From positions 1-62,638 of IMG/VR virus record IMGVR_UViG_3300046792_000108: a DNA stretch of 62,638 bases. One strand, given 5' to 3'. This DNA comes from a virus (lineage: Duplodnaviria; Caudoviricetes). The position numbers and the translations under genes were made by a program. The notes under the pieces were generated by a model, which worked only from the letters and a program-made list of their open reading frames with translations, searched no databases and was not told the DNA's origin. Of this stretch, positions 53,305-62,638 are shown piece by piece (position 1 is the first letter of the stretch; the number at the start of each line of letters is the position of its first letter).

Positions 53305-55302
53305 ATGTCAGGTTATCCTTTACCAGCTCTCGATGTGAAACCTCCACAACCTGGTCCTAATGCCCTGGACATCTATAAAGGGATGTTGGGGATGCAGATC
53401 ATGCAGCAGCAAGTCCAGAAGAATCAGATGAATTTGAACGACCAGAAGATTTTCCGTCAATCTTATCTGGACTCGATTGACCCAAAGACTGGTCGTCCTG
53501 ATGATGACAAGACGATTTCTCTAGCTGCTCAGAGAGGTGCTTCTCCTCAGGGAGTTCAAGCATATCAAATTCATGTTCAGGACTTGGCTGACAAGAGAGC
53601 TAACTTGGTCAAAACCAACTATGACAATGCAAAACTCCAAACTGATCTTATCGGACAAGCGGCTCAAGCTACACTTAGTGCTCCCCCAGATAAGAAACAG
53701 CAAGTATACCAACAATGGGTCCAGAAGCTTGAAAACAACAAGGTGATCCAACCTGGTCAGTTCGATCCAAACACTGTCCCTGATGATGATACCTTGAAAT
53801 TCTATGCGGCAAGCTCTCTACAAGCAAAGGATCAATTGGATGAAGCAAGAAAAACCCAAGAACAACAGACTAAACAACCAGGGGAAGCAGCGGATGCGGC
53901 CCATAAGCAAAGATCTAATGCCGCGACAGTCCTGGCGGGAGCTAAGACTCAAGAAGATTATTCAGCGAAGTGGGGTCAACTTCCAGCATCTGTGGCACAG
54001 GCATTTCCAAAACCCGAGGAATGGACTCCGAATGCACGTCAGACGATTTTACAGGCAGGTATGACCCCAAAAGACATCGCTGATAGCCCGATCGCCAATC
54101 AAGCTGCCCAGGCGTGGTTATCAGACCCAAAGAATAAGAAAGCTGACGGTACTCCCCCTACAATGGTTGATTTTTTGCGATACGAGAAGACTATCCCGCA
54201 ACAGTTTACAATGAGCGGTGGAGGGTTGATTCCGCCAACCGGAGGGAACCCGCCTCTGTCTGTACCCGCAGTAACTCCCGGACCGACTGGACCACCCTCT
54301 TCTTTGACTCAACCAATCGCTAATGTCCGTACGGGAGCCCCACTTGTGGCAAGCAATACCCCACCTCCACTACCAGGTGCTGGGATGCCTGCCCCCTCGG
54401 TTTCAGTTCCAAACACTCCGATGGCTCCTGAAGAAGCTGCGAAATTTGGACTTGTGCCAAGCGGGAAAAAACCTGATGGAAGTCCGATCTACACTGCTGT
54501 TGATCCAGAGGCCGAGTTTAAGAGACAGCAAACAACTCTGTCCAATGATGTCCCTGAGAGAATCAGAGATCAAGTTAAGTCCATTATTAACTATCAGTCT
54601 CCCATGCCTCCACTCGGTAGAAATAACCCGATCAGCCAAGCCATTGACTATTGGGTGAAAAGAGTTGATCCGAATTATGATGTGAAAGATTTTGCATCTC
54701 GAAACAAAATGATGTTGGACTATACAAATCACTCAAGCGGGACTGGGAAACAAATTGATGCGATCAATACCGTTGGTGGACACCTGTCTACTCTTAATGC
54801 GGCAATCGACTACTTGGACAACGGATCTCTCAAGCAGATGAATCGTCTGGCTAACTTTGTAGGAGTCCAAACTGGCAGTGATAAGAAGAAAGTATTTGAC
54901 ACTATTATTCACCGCATTGGTCCTGAAATCACACAGGCATATATCTCTTCTGGAGGTTCTGCTGGAGAACGTGGTTCTAACGAAGCAGATTGGGATCCGT
55001 CCTTAGGTCCACAAGTACTAAAGGCTACGAGTGGGGTGACGGCTCAACTCCTGGACTCAAAGATTGAGTCTGTGGAACAGGGTTGGAAGACGAACATGGG
55101 GAGGGATGACTTCCGTCAGAGATTCCTGACTCCTAGGGCTAGAGACGCGTTTGAAAAACTTGTTCCTCAGTCTCCAGTTCAGACTCAGTTTGATAAGCAG
55201 AAGACTCAAGGTGCTCCGGTTGTGGCCCCTGCGCCGCGTCAACAGTTGACTCCCGATCAGATCAAAAAGAGGGATCAAGATTTAGGAGTAGTCTATAAAT
55301 GA
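53305..55302 (+). CDS. DNA ejection protein 2
   Basis: Q/P-rich helical protein; position. Confidence 0.7.
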   Translation: MSGYPLPALDVKPPQPGPNALDIYKGMLGMQIMQQQVQKNQMNLNDQKIFRQSYLDSIDPKTGRPDDDKTISLAAQRGASPQGVQAYQIHVQDLADKRANLVKTNYDNAKLQTDLIGQAAQATLSAPPDKKQQVYQQWVQKLENNKVIQPGQFDPNTVPDDDTLKFYAASSLQAKDQLDEARKTQEQQTKQPGEAADAAHKQRSNAATVLAGAKTQEDYSAKWGQLPASVAQAFPKPEEWTPNARQTILQAGMTPKDIADSPIANQAAQAWLSDPKNKKADGTPPTMVDFLRYEKTIPQQFTMSGGGLIPPTGGNPPLSVPAVTPGPTGPPSSLTQPIANVRTGAPLVASNTPPPLPGAGMPAPSVSVPNTPMAPEEAAKFGLVPSGKKPDGSPIYTAVDPEAEFKRQQTTLSNDVPERIRDQVKSIINYQSPMPPLGRNNPISQAIDYWVKRVDPNYDVKDFASRNKMMLDYTNHSSGTGKQIDAINTVGGHLSTLNAAIDYLDNGSLKQMNRLANFVGVQTGSDKKKVFDTIIHRIGPEITQAYISSGGSAGERGSNEADWDPSLGPQVLKATSGVTAQLLDSKIESVEQGWKTNMGRDDFRQRFLTPRARDAFEKLVPQSPVQTQFDKQKTQGAPVVAPAPRQQLTPDQIKKRDQDLGVVYK

Positions 55303-58300
55303 TAACTGATCCTCAAGACAGTTCGGTCCCGATGTTCTCCCCAGAGGGAAAGTTAGCTCAAGTCCCACAAGAGAAATACAAAGATGCCATCGGGCAGCAA
55401 TTTTCTCCAGCTATCGCTGTGACATCCCCAGAAGGTCAAGATGCGTATCTTCCGCATGAGAAGGTAGATTCAGCAATTAAGGATTACGGGTTTGCTCTTG
55501 GACCTGCTCAGCAACAACCTCGCACAAAGATGTACACCAAGTCGGGTCAGTATGCTGAGATTCCTGAGAACGCGAAGGGCTACGCGCAGCAACAAGGCTG
55601 GAAGCCAGGAGTCCAGATGACCAGTCCTTTGGGTATTGAACTAACTGTTCATCCGGACGAGGCAAAAAAAGCTTTGGATATGGGTTGGGGGATTGGTCCA
55701 GCACAGCAACAAGAGAAACCAGGTTTCATGACTCGAACTCTTGCTGGTATGGCTGGTATAGATTCCGGAGACATTGCTAATACTAGATTCTCTGGTTCTG
55801 CTACGGGGCGTAATCCCGCTTTTAAGGACTCAGGAACTAATCTCTATTCGGCCGGGCAAATGACTTATGGGAAAACCCTCGAATCGAATAGCGATATCCT
55901 AAAATATGCTGGAGTAAGTCCCAAAGTTTATGCAAATCTAGATGACAAACAAAAAAACCTGGTTCTAATGGAAGCCAGAGCTAAACTCGGTATGCCTTGG
56001 GAAGAAAAAGTTGCCGAAAACCTTCCGGTTGTTGGTTCGATGATCCGTTCGGGGACTAAGGCAGTACAATCTGCTAAGAAGGGGAATATCTCTGAGGCTG
56101 CTGGTCATGGCCTTGCGGCAGGATTACCCGTCTTTGGTTCTCAGGCCGAAGCATCCGGTGAAGAATTTGGGCAAGGACATGTCCAGGAAGGACTAAAACA
56201 AGCCGGATTGGCATTAGCTCCATTTGTGGCAGAACCTGCGGTTAAGGCAGCAGGAAAGCTTGACTTCTCTACAACTCCTCGTAGCCCATTATCCAAAGTT
56301 GTGATGCCGGATAATGTCCCCGCTTACCACGCAGCGGAAGAACTAGCTAAACCCTCCATCGTTACAGCGGCCAAAGAAGTTGGGGTGAAACTTGAGACTG
56401 CCGATGATTTGCTCCAGGCTGTGAAACAGGCGAAGCAGAATACGTTGCTAGATGCTCATGAGTCCGCCGGAACTGGAAAAACCATAGCAGATTTAGCTCC
56501 TGAAGATCAGAAAGCCGTTTCACAGAAAATGGCTGCACTCGATGCAGTTCAGAGACATGTTGAAGATGCTGTTAAGATCGCGAAGGATGCCCCAGAACAA
56601 CCAACTAAAAAAGAAGCTGCCCAGAGAATGCTGACTGGAGCTGCGAAGATGGCTGGTGGAATCGGGTTTGCCCGAATGATTCCTGGCGGTCATTGGGGCT
56701 TGGAGATCGCTGGAGTCGGGTGGGGATTAAAGGATTTAGGCGGTGGGTTACACGATCTGGTCAGGTCTCCAATCCTAAATGAGACCAGACTCAACGGAGC
56801 GGTTAAAGACACATTCTCAGGTATTAAACCTGAGATTCGTCCTTCCGCTACCCCAGGAATTACTAAACCGCCTTTCGTTCCGGCAACCGATATCTCAGTT
56901 GAACATACCGGGAATGTAACTGCCCCCAAAAGACCTTTTAGCGACATCCCCGTTACTCCCGACGAAGAGCCAACAGAGCCTGAGACGGTCTCTCCATATA
57001 CGCCATATACGGGAAATCGCGCCGTGACACACGAGACCATCCCTGGCCCACCTACGCAACCGCACGGGGACATCAATGTCACACCTGACGAAACATTGTA
57101 TCCAGAAAAGCCAGTAATTAAACCGCCAGTGAGTGAAACAGACATCTCTCCTCCATCTACTATCAATGTTCCGAAAACGATACGAGACCCGAAGACCGGG
57201 AGATTTACCAAAAATCTCCAGAGAGGATCAAGCACTACTGAAGAAGACGCGGATACCTTCTCGAAACTCCCAAAGATGACTGTTGGAACTGTTGAGGGAT
57301 CTCAGAATGACACTGCTTTATTCGCTCAAGCAAAGAAGAATCTCGGTCCTGATGCTACCCTGAGTCAGGTTGCTCAAGAAGCTCAACGGATGAAGATGAA
57401 TCAGGGATCTACTCCGCCGAGTAATAAAGTTGGTGGATATAACCCAGCTGTGGAAACAGAGGGATTGCCATCCTCTCTCAGAGATGTAGTTCCTCGCGAG
57501 ATAACTCCAACAGATGTGAAGAAGTCCTATCTTCAGTATGATATTCCTCGTTTGAAAAAACTCCTGGCAGATGCTTCGGATGAGGAGAAACCATATTATC
57601 AGTCAATGATCGATCAACTGACTGAAAAACAAAAGAACATGCGCGGATCAGGGAGGCCTGAGGAGTTTACCAAGCTCCCTTTCTTCAGCCGCGCCGCAGA
57701 CGTCGTTGAACGGAAACTGGCTCCTTGGTTCTCACCAGACCAAGCCTTTAACACCTTGAAAAATGCAGGGGTCTCTGCTGATGAGTTGGACACGATTAAG
57801 CCGTGGTTGGATCAACAGGGGAAGAAAGTCCAGAAACAAGCTTTGTTGGATCACATAGAGAACAACAGGTTGAAGGTGAATGTCACGATGAAAGGTGAAA
57901 ATTCATTGCATCCAGAGGCTCAAGCTGAACTAGATAAGATTAAAGACCCAGAAGTCAAAGAAGCTATGAAAGACGTTCTGGTGAATGGTCATTTAGAAGA
58001 CTTTGTAGATGGGGAGTTTGAGCCCGGTCAGTTGTCAGAGACCTACGGATTGAACGATGCTCAAGAGGAACAACTGATCAAACTAATTGACAGGTTTGGT
58101 GACATGAAGAATATCAACTCAGATGTCCCGTCTGATCTCCACAAGTGGAATAGGTCCATGTATGCTGCTCAAGATTTAGTTCCGGTAACTGATGAACATA
58201 CCCAATCAGCTATCCATAATCTCCCAGCAATTTCGATTGGAAAAGGTCAGTCAGTTGACGAAGCTATCAATGAATATTTCAAATCTCATCCAGATGAGGG

Positions 58301-59660
58301 AGTAGTTCCCTCAAAGAAACTAACTGAGATAACTAAGGATGTTGGAAAGGATGAGGATTACAGATACTTTGATGGAGCCAAAAAACTCGGCTACCGAATC
58401 TTTCAAGACCCGGACAATGTAAACAGCTATCTTATGAAAAAGGGAGAGCCGATTCGAGTAAATGGAGAAGGAAACGAGGATAGTCCTGAACAATTAGGTC
58501 AAACAGGACCGAAGTTTGAAGCAGACCAAAAAATTAAAGCTCACGAGATCTATAAAGCTGAAGGTGGAAAGTACGGTCAAAGTGGAACTCAGTACGGAGA
58601 GTACACTTTACCTGGTGGTGAGAATTACCGCGAGATGCTGATTCAAGCTCCGATCAAAGATATTGAGCATAAGGGGGGAAATCTCTACGGTGAATCCAAC
58701 AATTTCTCTGGTGGTCACTTTGACGAACCAAACGTGCTTGCTCATGTTCGGATGAATGATCGAACAATCGACGGGAAGAAGACTCTGTTCGTTGAGGAAG
58801 TTCAGTCCGACTGGCATCAACAAGGAAGAGAAAAAGGATACCAGGGACAACCTAATCTTAAGATTACAGAATCCACCCGTAAAAGCTCCTACGGGAACAG
58901 AAATCAATTTGAGGTTGAATACCCCGGAGGCAGGGGAAGCATCTTCATTGACAGACCTGATGTAACTACTCTAGAAGAAGCACAAACTTGGGTAAGAGAA
59001 CATCCTGATAATCTTATGCAACTCTCAGTGGTCCCTGACGCTCCTTTTAAGAAGGATTGGCATGAGCTTGCGATGAAACAAGTCCTCGACACGGCTGTGA
59101 GAGAAGGTTACGACCAAGTTGGTTGGACAACAGGTAAACAGCAGATTGACCGTTATTCCGATCAACTTCGTCAGAACGTGGATGAGATTAGGTATTCAAG
59201 GGATCTATCTAAACCAAATTCAGTGAAGATTGAGGCTTTTTCAAAATCCTCAGACTCTAGGTTTCCGACTTTTTCTGACTCCATTCCTCTTCAAGGGAGT
59301 ATTAAATTGAGGGGAGAGACTGTTTCCCTAGATGATGTGGTTGGAAAAGAAATGGCCCAAAAGATTAGAGAATCTAAAGAAAACGGTTCATTCAAAGGTG
59401 ATGATCTCACAATCGGAGGCTCAGGCATGAAAGGGTTCTATGACGAGATGCTTCCACAGTTTATGAACCGATACACAAAGAAGTGGGGCGGGAGAGTTAA
59501 AGATTCAACTTTAAGTGTTCCTGAAAACAGAGAACCCGGTCTTGAAGAGAATCAACCTGTCCACACAATCGAGATCACCCCAAAGATGAAAGAAGAGATT
59601 AAGAAACACGGCCAGCCGATAAGCGGCCTAACCGAAGGACATGAAGAGGTTGCTGCATGA
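55299..59660 (+). CDS. Large ejection protein with polyvalent-protein-type C-terminal domain
   Basis: 1453 aa; four N-terminal repeats; LPGGENYRE..EEVQSDWHQ..PDAPFK. Confidence 0.75.
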   Translation: MITDPQDSSVPMFSPEGKLAQVPQEKYKDAIGQQFSPAIAVTSPEGQDAYLPHEKVDSAIKDYGFALGPAQQQPRTKMYTKSGQYAEIPENAKGYAQQQGWKPGVQMTSPLGIELTVHPDEAKKALDMGWGIGPAQQQEKPGFMTRTLAGMAGIDSGDIANTRFSGSATGRNPAFKDSGTNLYSAGQMTYGKTLESNSDILKYAGVSPKVYANLDDKQKNLVLMEARAKLGMPWEEKVAENLPVVGSMIRSGTKAVQSAKKGNISEAAGHGLAAGLPVFGSQAEASGEEFGQGHVQEGLKQAGLALAPFVAEPAVKAAGKLDFSTTPRSPLSKVVMPDNVPAYHAAEELAKPSIVTAAKEVGVKLETADDLLQAVKQAKQNTLLDAHESAGTGKTIADLAPEDQKAVSQKMAALDAVQRHVEDAVKIAKDAPEQPTKKEAAQRMLTGAAKMAGGIGFARMIPGGHWGLEIAGVGWGLKDLGGGLHDLVRSPILNETRLNGAVKDTFSGIKPEIRPSATPGITKPPFVPATDISVEHTGNVTAPKRPFSDIPVTPDEEPTEPETVSPYTPYTGNRAVTHETIPGPPTQPHGDINVTPDETLYPEKPVIKPPVSETDISPPSTINVPKTIRDPKTGRFTKNLQRGSSTTEEDADTFSKLPKMTVGTVEGSQNDTALFAQAKKNLGPDATLSQVAQEAQRMKMNQGSTPPSNKVGGYNPAVETEGLPSSLRDVVPREITPTDVKKSYLQYDIPRLKKLLADASDEEKPYYQSMIDQLTEKQKNMRGSGRPEEFTKLPFFSRAADVVERKLAPWFSPDQAFNTLKNAGVSADELDTIKPWLDQQGKKVQKQALLDHIENNRLKVNVTMKGENSLHPEAQAELDKIKDPEVKEAMKDVLVNGHLEDFVDGEFEPGQLSETYGLNDAQEEQLIKLIDRFGDMKNINSDVPSDLHKWNRSMYAAQDLVPVTDEHTQSAIHNLPAISIGKGQSVDEAINEYFKSHPDEGVVPSKKLTEITKDVGKDEDYRYFDGAKKLGYRIFQDPDNVNSYLMKKGEPIRVNGEGNEDSPEQLGQTGPKFEADQKIKAHEIYKAEGGKYGQSGTQYGEYTLPGGENYREMLIQAPIKDIEHKGGNLYGESNNFSGGHFDEPNVLAHVRMNDRTIDGKKTLFVEEVQSDWHQQGREKGYQGQPNLKITESTRKSSYGNRNQFEVEYPGGRGSIFIDRPDVTTLEEAQTWVREHPDNLMQLSVVPDAPFKKDWHELAMKQVLDTAVREGYDQVGWTTGKQQIDRYSDQLRQNVDEIRYSRDLSKPNSVKIEAFSKSSDSRFPTFSDSIPLQGSIKLRGETVSLDDVVGKEMAQKIRESKENGSFKGDDLTIGGSGMKGFYDEMLPQFMNRYTKKWGGRVKDSTLSVPENREPGLEENQPVHTIEITPKMKEEIKKHGQPISGLTEGHEEVAA

Positions 59661-62278
59661 AGAAACTGCTTTCGTTGTTAATCCTTGTTAGCTCTTTGTT
59701 TGCTCAGGACCGAGTTGCTCCACTTCCTAACTCGAAGCCACAGTTCTTTACCAAGACCGGGACTTTATGTTCGGGATGCAAGCTTTATAGCTTTGTGACA
59801 GGTACAGTAACTCCACTTCCGACTTATACGGATTCAAGCGGGGCTGTGCAGAACACCAACCCCATTACTATGGGTTCGGACGGTAGACCTCCTCAGGAGA
59901 TTTGGCTTGGAGCGTTTGCTTATGACATCACCTTGAAAGACTCGTTTGGGGCAGCTATTTATACTGTGAAGAATATCTCGGTCCCGAATATTCAGGCTTT
60001 GACTCAAGTGAGTCTCACAGTGACTGGACCTGTGATTATCGCATCCTCGACACCAGGAATCGCTAGTAGCTCTTCTGTACTTGAATGGGACGCGTTATAT
60101 TCAAATGGAACCAGTATTCTTACTGACAAATTCCAGTGCAGCGATATCCCTGTTAGTTTCATCTCGGCGAATCCAGCAACTGTTTTAACCTGTAATCATA
60201 CAGGGAGTAGCGGGGGCGGATCAGTATTATTCAATTTTCCATTCTTATCAATATCCGTAACAGGTCTTTCTACATTATCCGGCGGAGTGTGTTATTCATT
60301 CGAGAATGGACAATCTGTGGTCAAAGTATCCGTCTCATGTGGATATACAACCTGGGCATTAGCTTTGGCTGCATGTCCTTCCACAGGATGCATTCTGGAC
60401 GGTTGGGCACCTGATGTTCCTCTTGCACTCGGAGCATTCGATACAGCCTCGAATACGAAGCCTGTGACGGTGAGACTTGGACCGTACAACTTTACAGCTA
60501 CACAAATCACCGTACGCCAAGGGCTGGACTTTGCCGGAGCTGGGATTGTAAACACCAACGTTACTTCCAACGGGACCAATGCACAACCTCTCTTCGTCAA
60601 TCCCCAGGTCAACAACAACGCGATCACGGTGAAGATCCACGACTTTAGCGCGAACGCCCTTTCAGGCAATACCTCGCAGGATGGCTTCTTCTTCGACTGC
60701 TCCACGCTGACGAATGCTGGAGTGGAACTATCGCGCTTCGACAACATCATCTTCAACGGCTTCAAGGGAGCGGTTGTCCACTTCAAGGCCACACAAGACG
60801 GGGCATCAGGTTCGATTGGATGCACTCAGGGGAACACACTCGCCAATATCACTGCCATACGTCCTACGGGCGCAACCGGAGCAAGCCAGAATGCTCTCCG
60901 TATAGAAGGCGGCGCAGGGCAGTTCGATTTCTGGAACTGCTGGTTTGATGGGCAGTCAAGCGACACTGGAACCAATGTCTTCGTAGGCACGACCGGAACG
61001 CAGTCGCCGTACTCAATTCGCTTTCACGACACGACAAACCAGAACGGCTTTGCCTACCTGTTCGATGGTTGCATTGGATGCACAACTGAAAAAGATCACC
61101 TTGAGGTCATTAAGGGAGTCTACAACTTCGCCAACACGGCTTCGCCTGTCGTTGGCTTCCACTCTGCTAATCCTTACATCAACTCGAATGTGGCGGTCAA
61201 TGCAGGCAACGGCTATATCGTCAATATCCCCGCTGGAGCTCCGCAAACAGATGTAATCGTAGAGTCGCCACTGATCGGCGGCCAGCCCGACAAGTGCGTA
61301 ATCAATGCCGCGAACGGCGCAAACGTCCAGATATTGAATGCGCAGTATCAGCCGAACAACACGCCTACAAATGTATGCGTAACCTCTGGCATGACCTTTA
61401 CCGCTGCGCCAGCGGCCACGCTCGATATTCGGCGCGCTCACACCGTACAGCTTTCCGCATCTGGCACGTCAATCACAACGCTCAGAAGTGACCTCCAGCC
61501 TGGTGAGATAGTCACATTCTACCCTACGGGTAATGCCCAATTTGCTACAGGTGGAAACCTTTCATTAGCCAATTTCGGATCTCCTTTAGTTCTGACTAGC
61601 GGGGACAGTATCACCTTCATCAGAGTAGATGCTGGAACACCAGCCTTTATTGTTCAGTCAGTCGTAAAACTTGGACGCCCTACTTTCCAGAGCTTCACGG
61701 CCAGTGGCACACACACAATCGCGGCCGGGGTGACTGCCGAGAAAGTTACACTTTGTGGTGCGGGCGGAGCTGGTGGAGGCGCGACAGCAGCCAATAATGG
61801 AGGCGGCGGTGGCGCAGGTGCGGCAGCGGTTAAGTACCTCACAGGGCTTACCCCAGGCAACACGATCACGGTAACGGTTGGTGCTAAAGGAACAGGAGTA
61901 TCAGCAGCGGCGGGAAATTCCGGCACAGCTTCGTCTATCGCGTCTGGGACTCAGACAATCACGACTGTTACAGCCCCAGGAGGAATCGGAGGAAACGCTA
62001 ACGGAGCACAAAGTGCCGGAGGGGCAGGCGGTGGAATTAGCACAAATGGTGATCTCAATTTTGGAGGTAACCCTGGTGCTGGAGATTGGTCAACTATCAG
62101 TGGCGCGGCTGGTGGTGGCTCGATTTGGGGCGGAGCAGGTACTGATTCCGCTGGTGGCAATCCTGGTGTGGCATCTACGGCAAACAGTTGCAGTGGTGGC
62201 GGTGGTGCAGGGGCCGGGGCCAACCGCACCGGAGGGAACGGAGCGGATGGCCTGGTGGTATTTGAATGGACAAACTGA
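59657..62278 (+). CDS. Tail fibre/tailspike with N-terminal signal peptide
   Basis: MKKLLSLLILVSSLFA|Q; anchor QFF..G..LY..GT.TP..TYTD..NTNPI; beta-helix-like middle; Gly-rich C-terminus. Confidence 0.85.
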   Translation: MKKLLSLLILVSSLFAQDRVAPLPNSKPQFFTKTGTLCSGCKLYSFVTGTVTPLPTYTDSSGAVQNTNPITMGSDGRPPQEIWLGAFAYDITLKDSFGAAIYTVKNISVPNIQALTQVSLTVTGPVIIASSTPGIASSSSVLEWDALYSNGTSILTDKFQCSDIPVSFISANPATVLTCNHTGSSGGGSVLFNFPFLSISVTGLSTLSGGVCYSFENGQSVVKVSVSCGYTTWALALAACPSTGCILDGWAPDVPLALGAFDTASNTKPVTVRLGPYNFTATQITVRQGLDFAGAGIVNTNVTSNGTNAQPLFVNPQVNNNAITVKIHDFSANALSGNTSQDGFFFDCSTLTNAGVELSRFDNIIFNGFKGAVVHFKATQDGASGSIGCTQGNTLANITAIRPTGATGASQNALRIEGGAGQFDFWNCWFDGQSSDTGTNVFVGTTGTQSPYSIRFHDTTNQNGFAYLFDGCIGCTTEKDHLEVIKGVYNFANTASPVVGFHSANPYINSNVAVNAGNGYIVNIPAGAPQTDVIVESPLIGGQPDKCVINAANGANVQILNAQYQPNNTPTNVCVTSGMTFTAAPAATLDIRRAHTVQLSASGTSITTLRSDLQPGEIVTFYPTGNAQFATGGNLSLANFGSPLVLTSGDSITFIRVDAGTPAFIVQSVVKLGRPTFQSFTASGTHTIAAGVTAEKVTLCGAGGAGGGATAANNGGGGGAGAAAVKYLTGLTPGNTITVTVGAKGTGVSAAAGNSGTASSIASGTQTITTVTAPGGIGGNANGAQSAGGAGGGISTNGDLNFGGNPGAGDWSTISGAAGGGSIWGGAGTDSAGGNPGVASTANSCSGGGGAGAGANRTGGNGADGLVVFEWTN

Positions 62279-62280
62279 TG

Positions 62281-62638
62281 CTACTTCCCAGTTCCGTAGA
62301 ACCTCCAGTGAGTTTCCACGGCGCAATGGTCCCAACTGATCCCGGGATCAACACCATTGGTAGGTTGCAGAAGAGAACCATTCCCGGAGGACGGACCTTC
62401 GATATGCCAAAAATCGACACCGCAGAAAATCAGACCCCCGATGTAGGGGTAAACATTTATGACCGACCCCGCCGGGATGTCAATACCGAGCGGGAAAGTC
62501 CAAATCCTGTCAGTGTTTCCTACGATGTCCTGATGCTTGTCATACTCGCACAACTCATCCAGCATCATGTGCCAGTTGTTGGATGCATCTTTGATCCAGA
62601 TTTGCGCGTTGCTCACAAGTTCCATCCTGGCATTAGCG
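62281..62638 (-). CDS. 3' part of origin-spanning secreted protein
   Basis: Frame open to window end and continuous with 138..436. Confidence 0.85.
   Translation of the reverse strand, partial: ANARMELVSNAQIWIKDASNNWHMMLDELCEYDKHQDIVGNTDRIWTFPLGIDIPAGSVINVYPYIGGLIFCGVDFWHIEGPSSGNGSLLQPTNGVDPGISWDHCAVETHWRFYGTGK
62502..62638. repeat. Terminal overlap, copy 2
   Basis: Matches 1-137 with one mismatch. Confidence 0.95.

Noticed and set aside
59657-62278. Diversity-generating retroelement target
   Set aside because: No reverse transcriptase or template repeat seen.
32-62420. Many short antisense or alternate-frame ORFs in the track
   Set aside because: They shadow well-supported genes and lack RBSs or motifs.
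1-62638. Lysogeny module and tRNA genes
   Set aside because: No integrase, repressor/cro pair or cloverleaf recognised by eye; confirm with HMM search and tRNAscan-SE.

Overview
This window is an apparently complete ~62.5 kb tailed-phage genome. Bases 1-137 repeat at 62502-62638 with one synonymous mismatch, and a signal-peptide gene reads through the join. The virion module (+ strand, ~34.7-62.3 kb) is P22-like podovirus: TerS, TerL, portal, scaffold, coat, gp4/gp10-like tail proteins, three ejection proteins and a tail fibre. A lysis cassette lies at 0.5-2.8 kb. The mostly minus-strand early/replication arm encodes a family A polymerase with a separate UDG-exonuclease ORF, primase, helicases, ligase, Sak4/SSB/exonuclease, two thymidylate-synthase-fold genes, dCMP deaminase and a dUTPase-like protein. 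I saw no integrase, tRNA or CRISPR array. Main observations: (1) TerL is split by two inserted genes carrying protein-level copies of this phage's own coat and terminase motifs, one behind a twin-arginine signal (candidate decoy system). (2) The tail fibre and several virion-module proteins carry Sec-type signal peptides. (3) A ~1 kb structured transcript holds two small ORFs, each clamped by a covarying 23-bp inverted repeat that buries the RBS. (4) A likely cytosine-modification pathway sits next to a split polymerase with altered active-site residues. All family calls are by-eye motif recognition; no searches were run.
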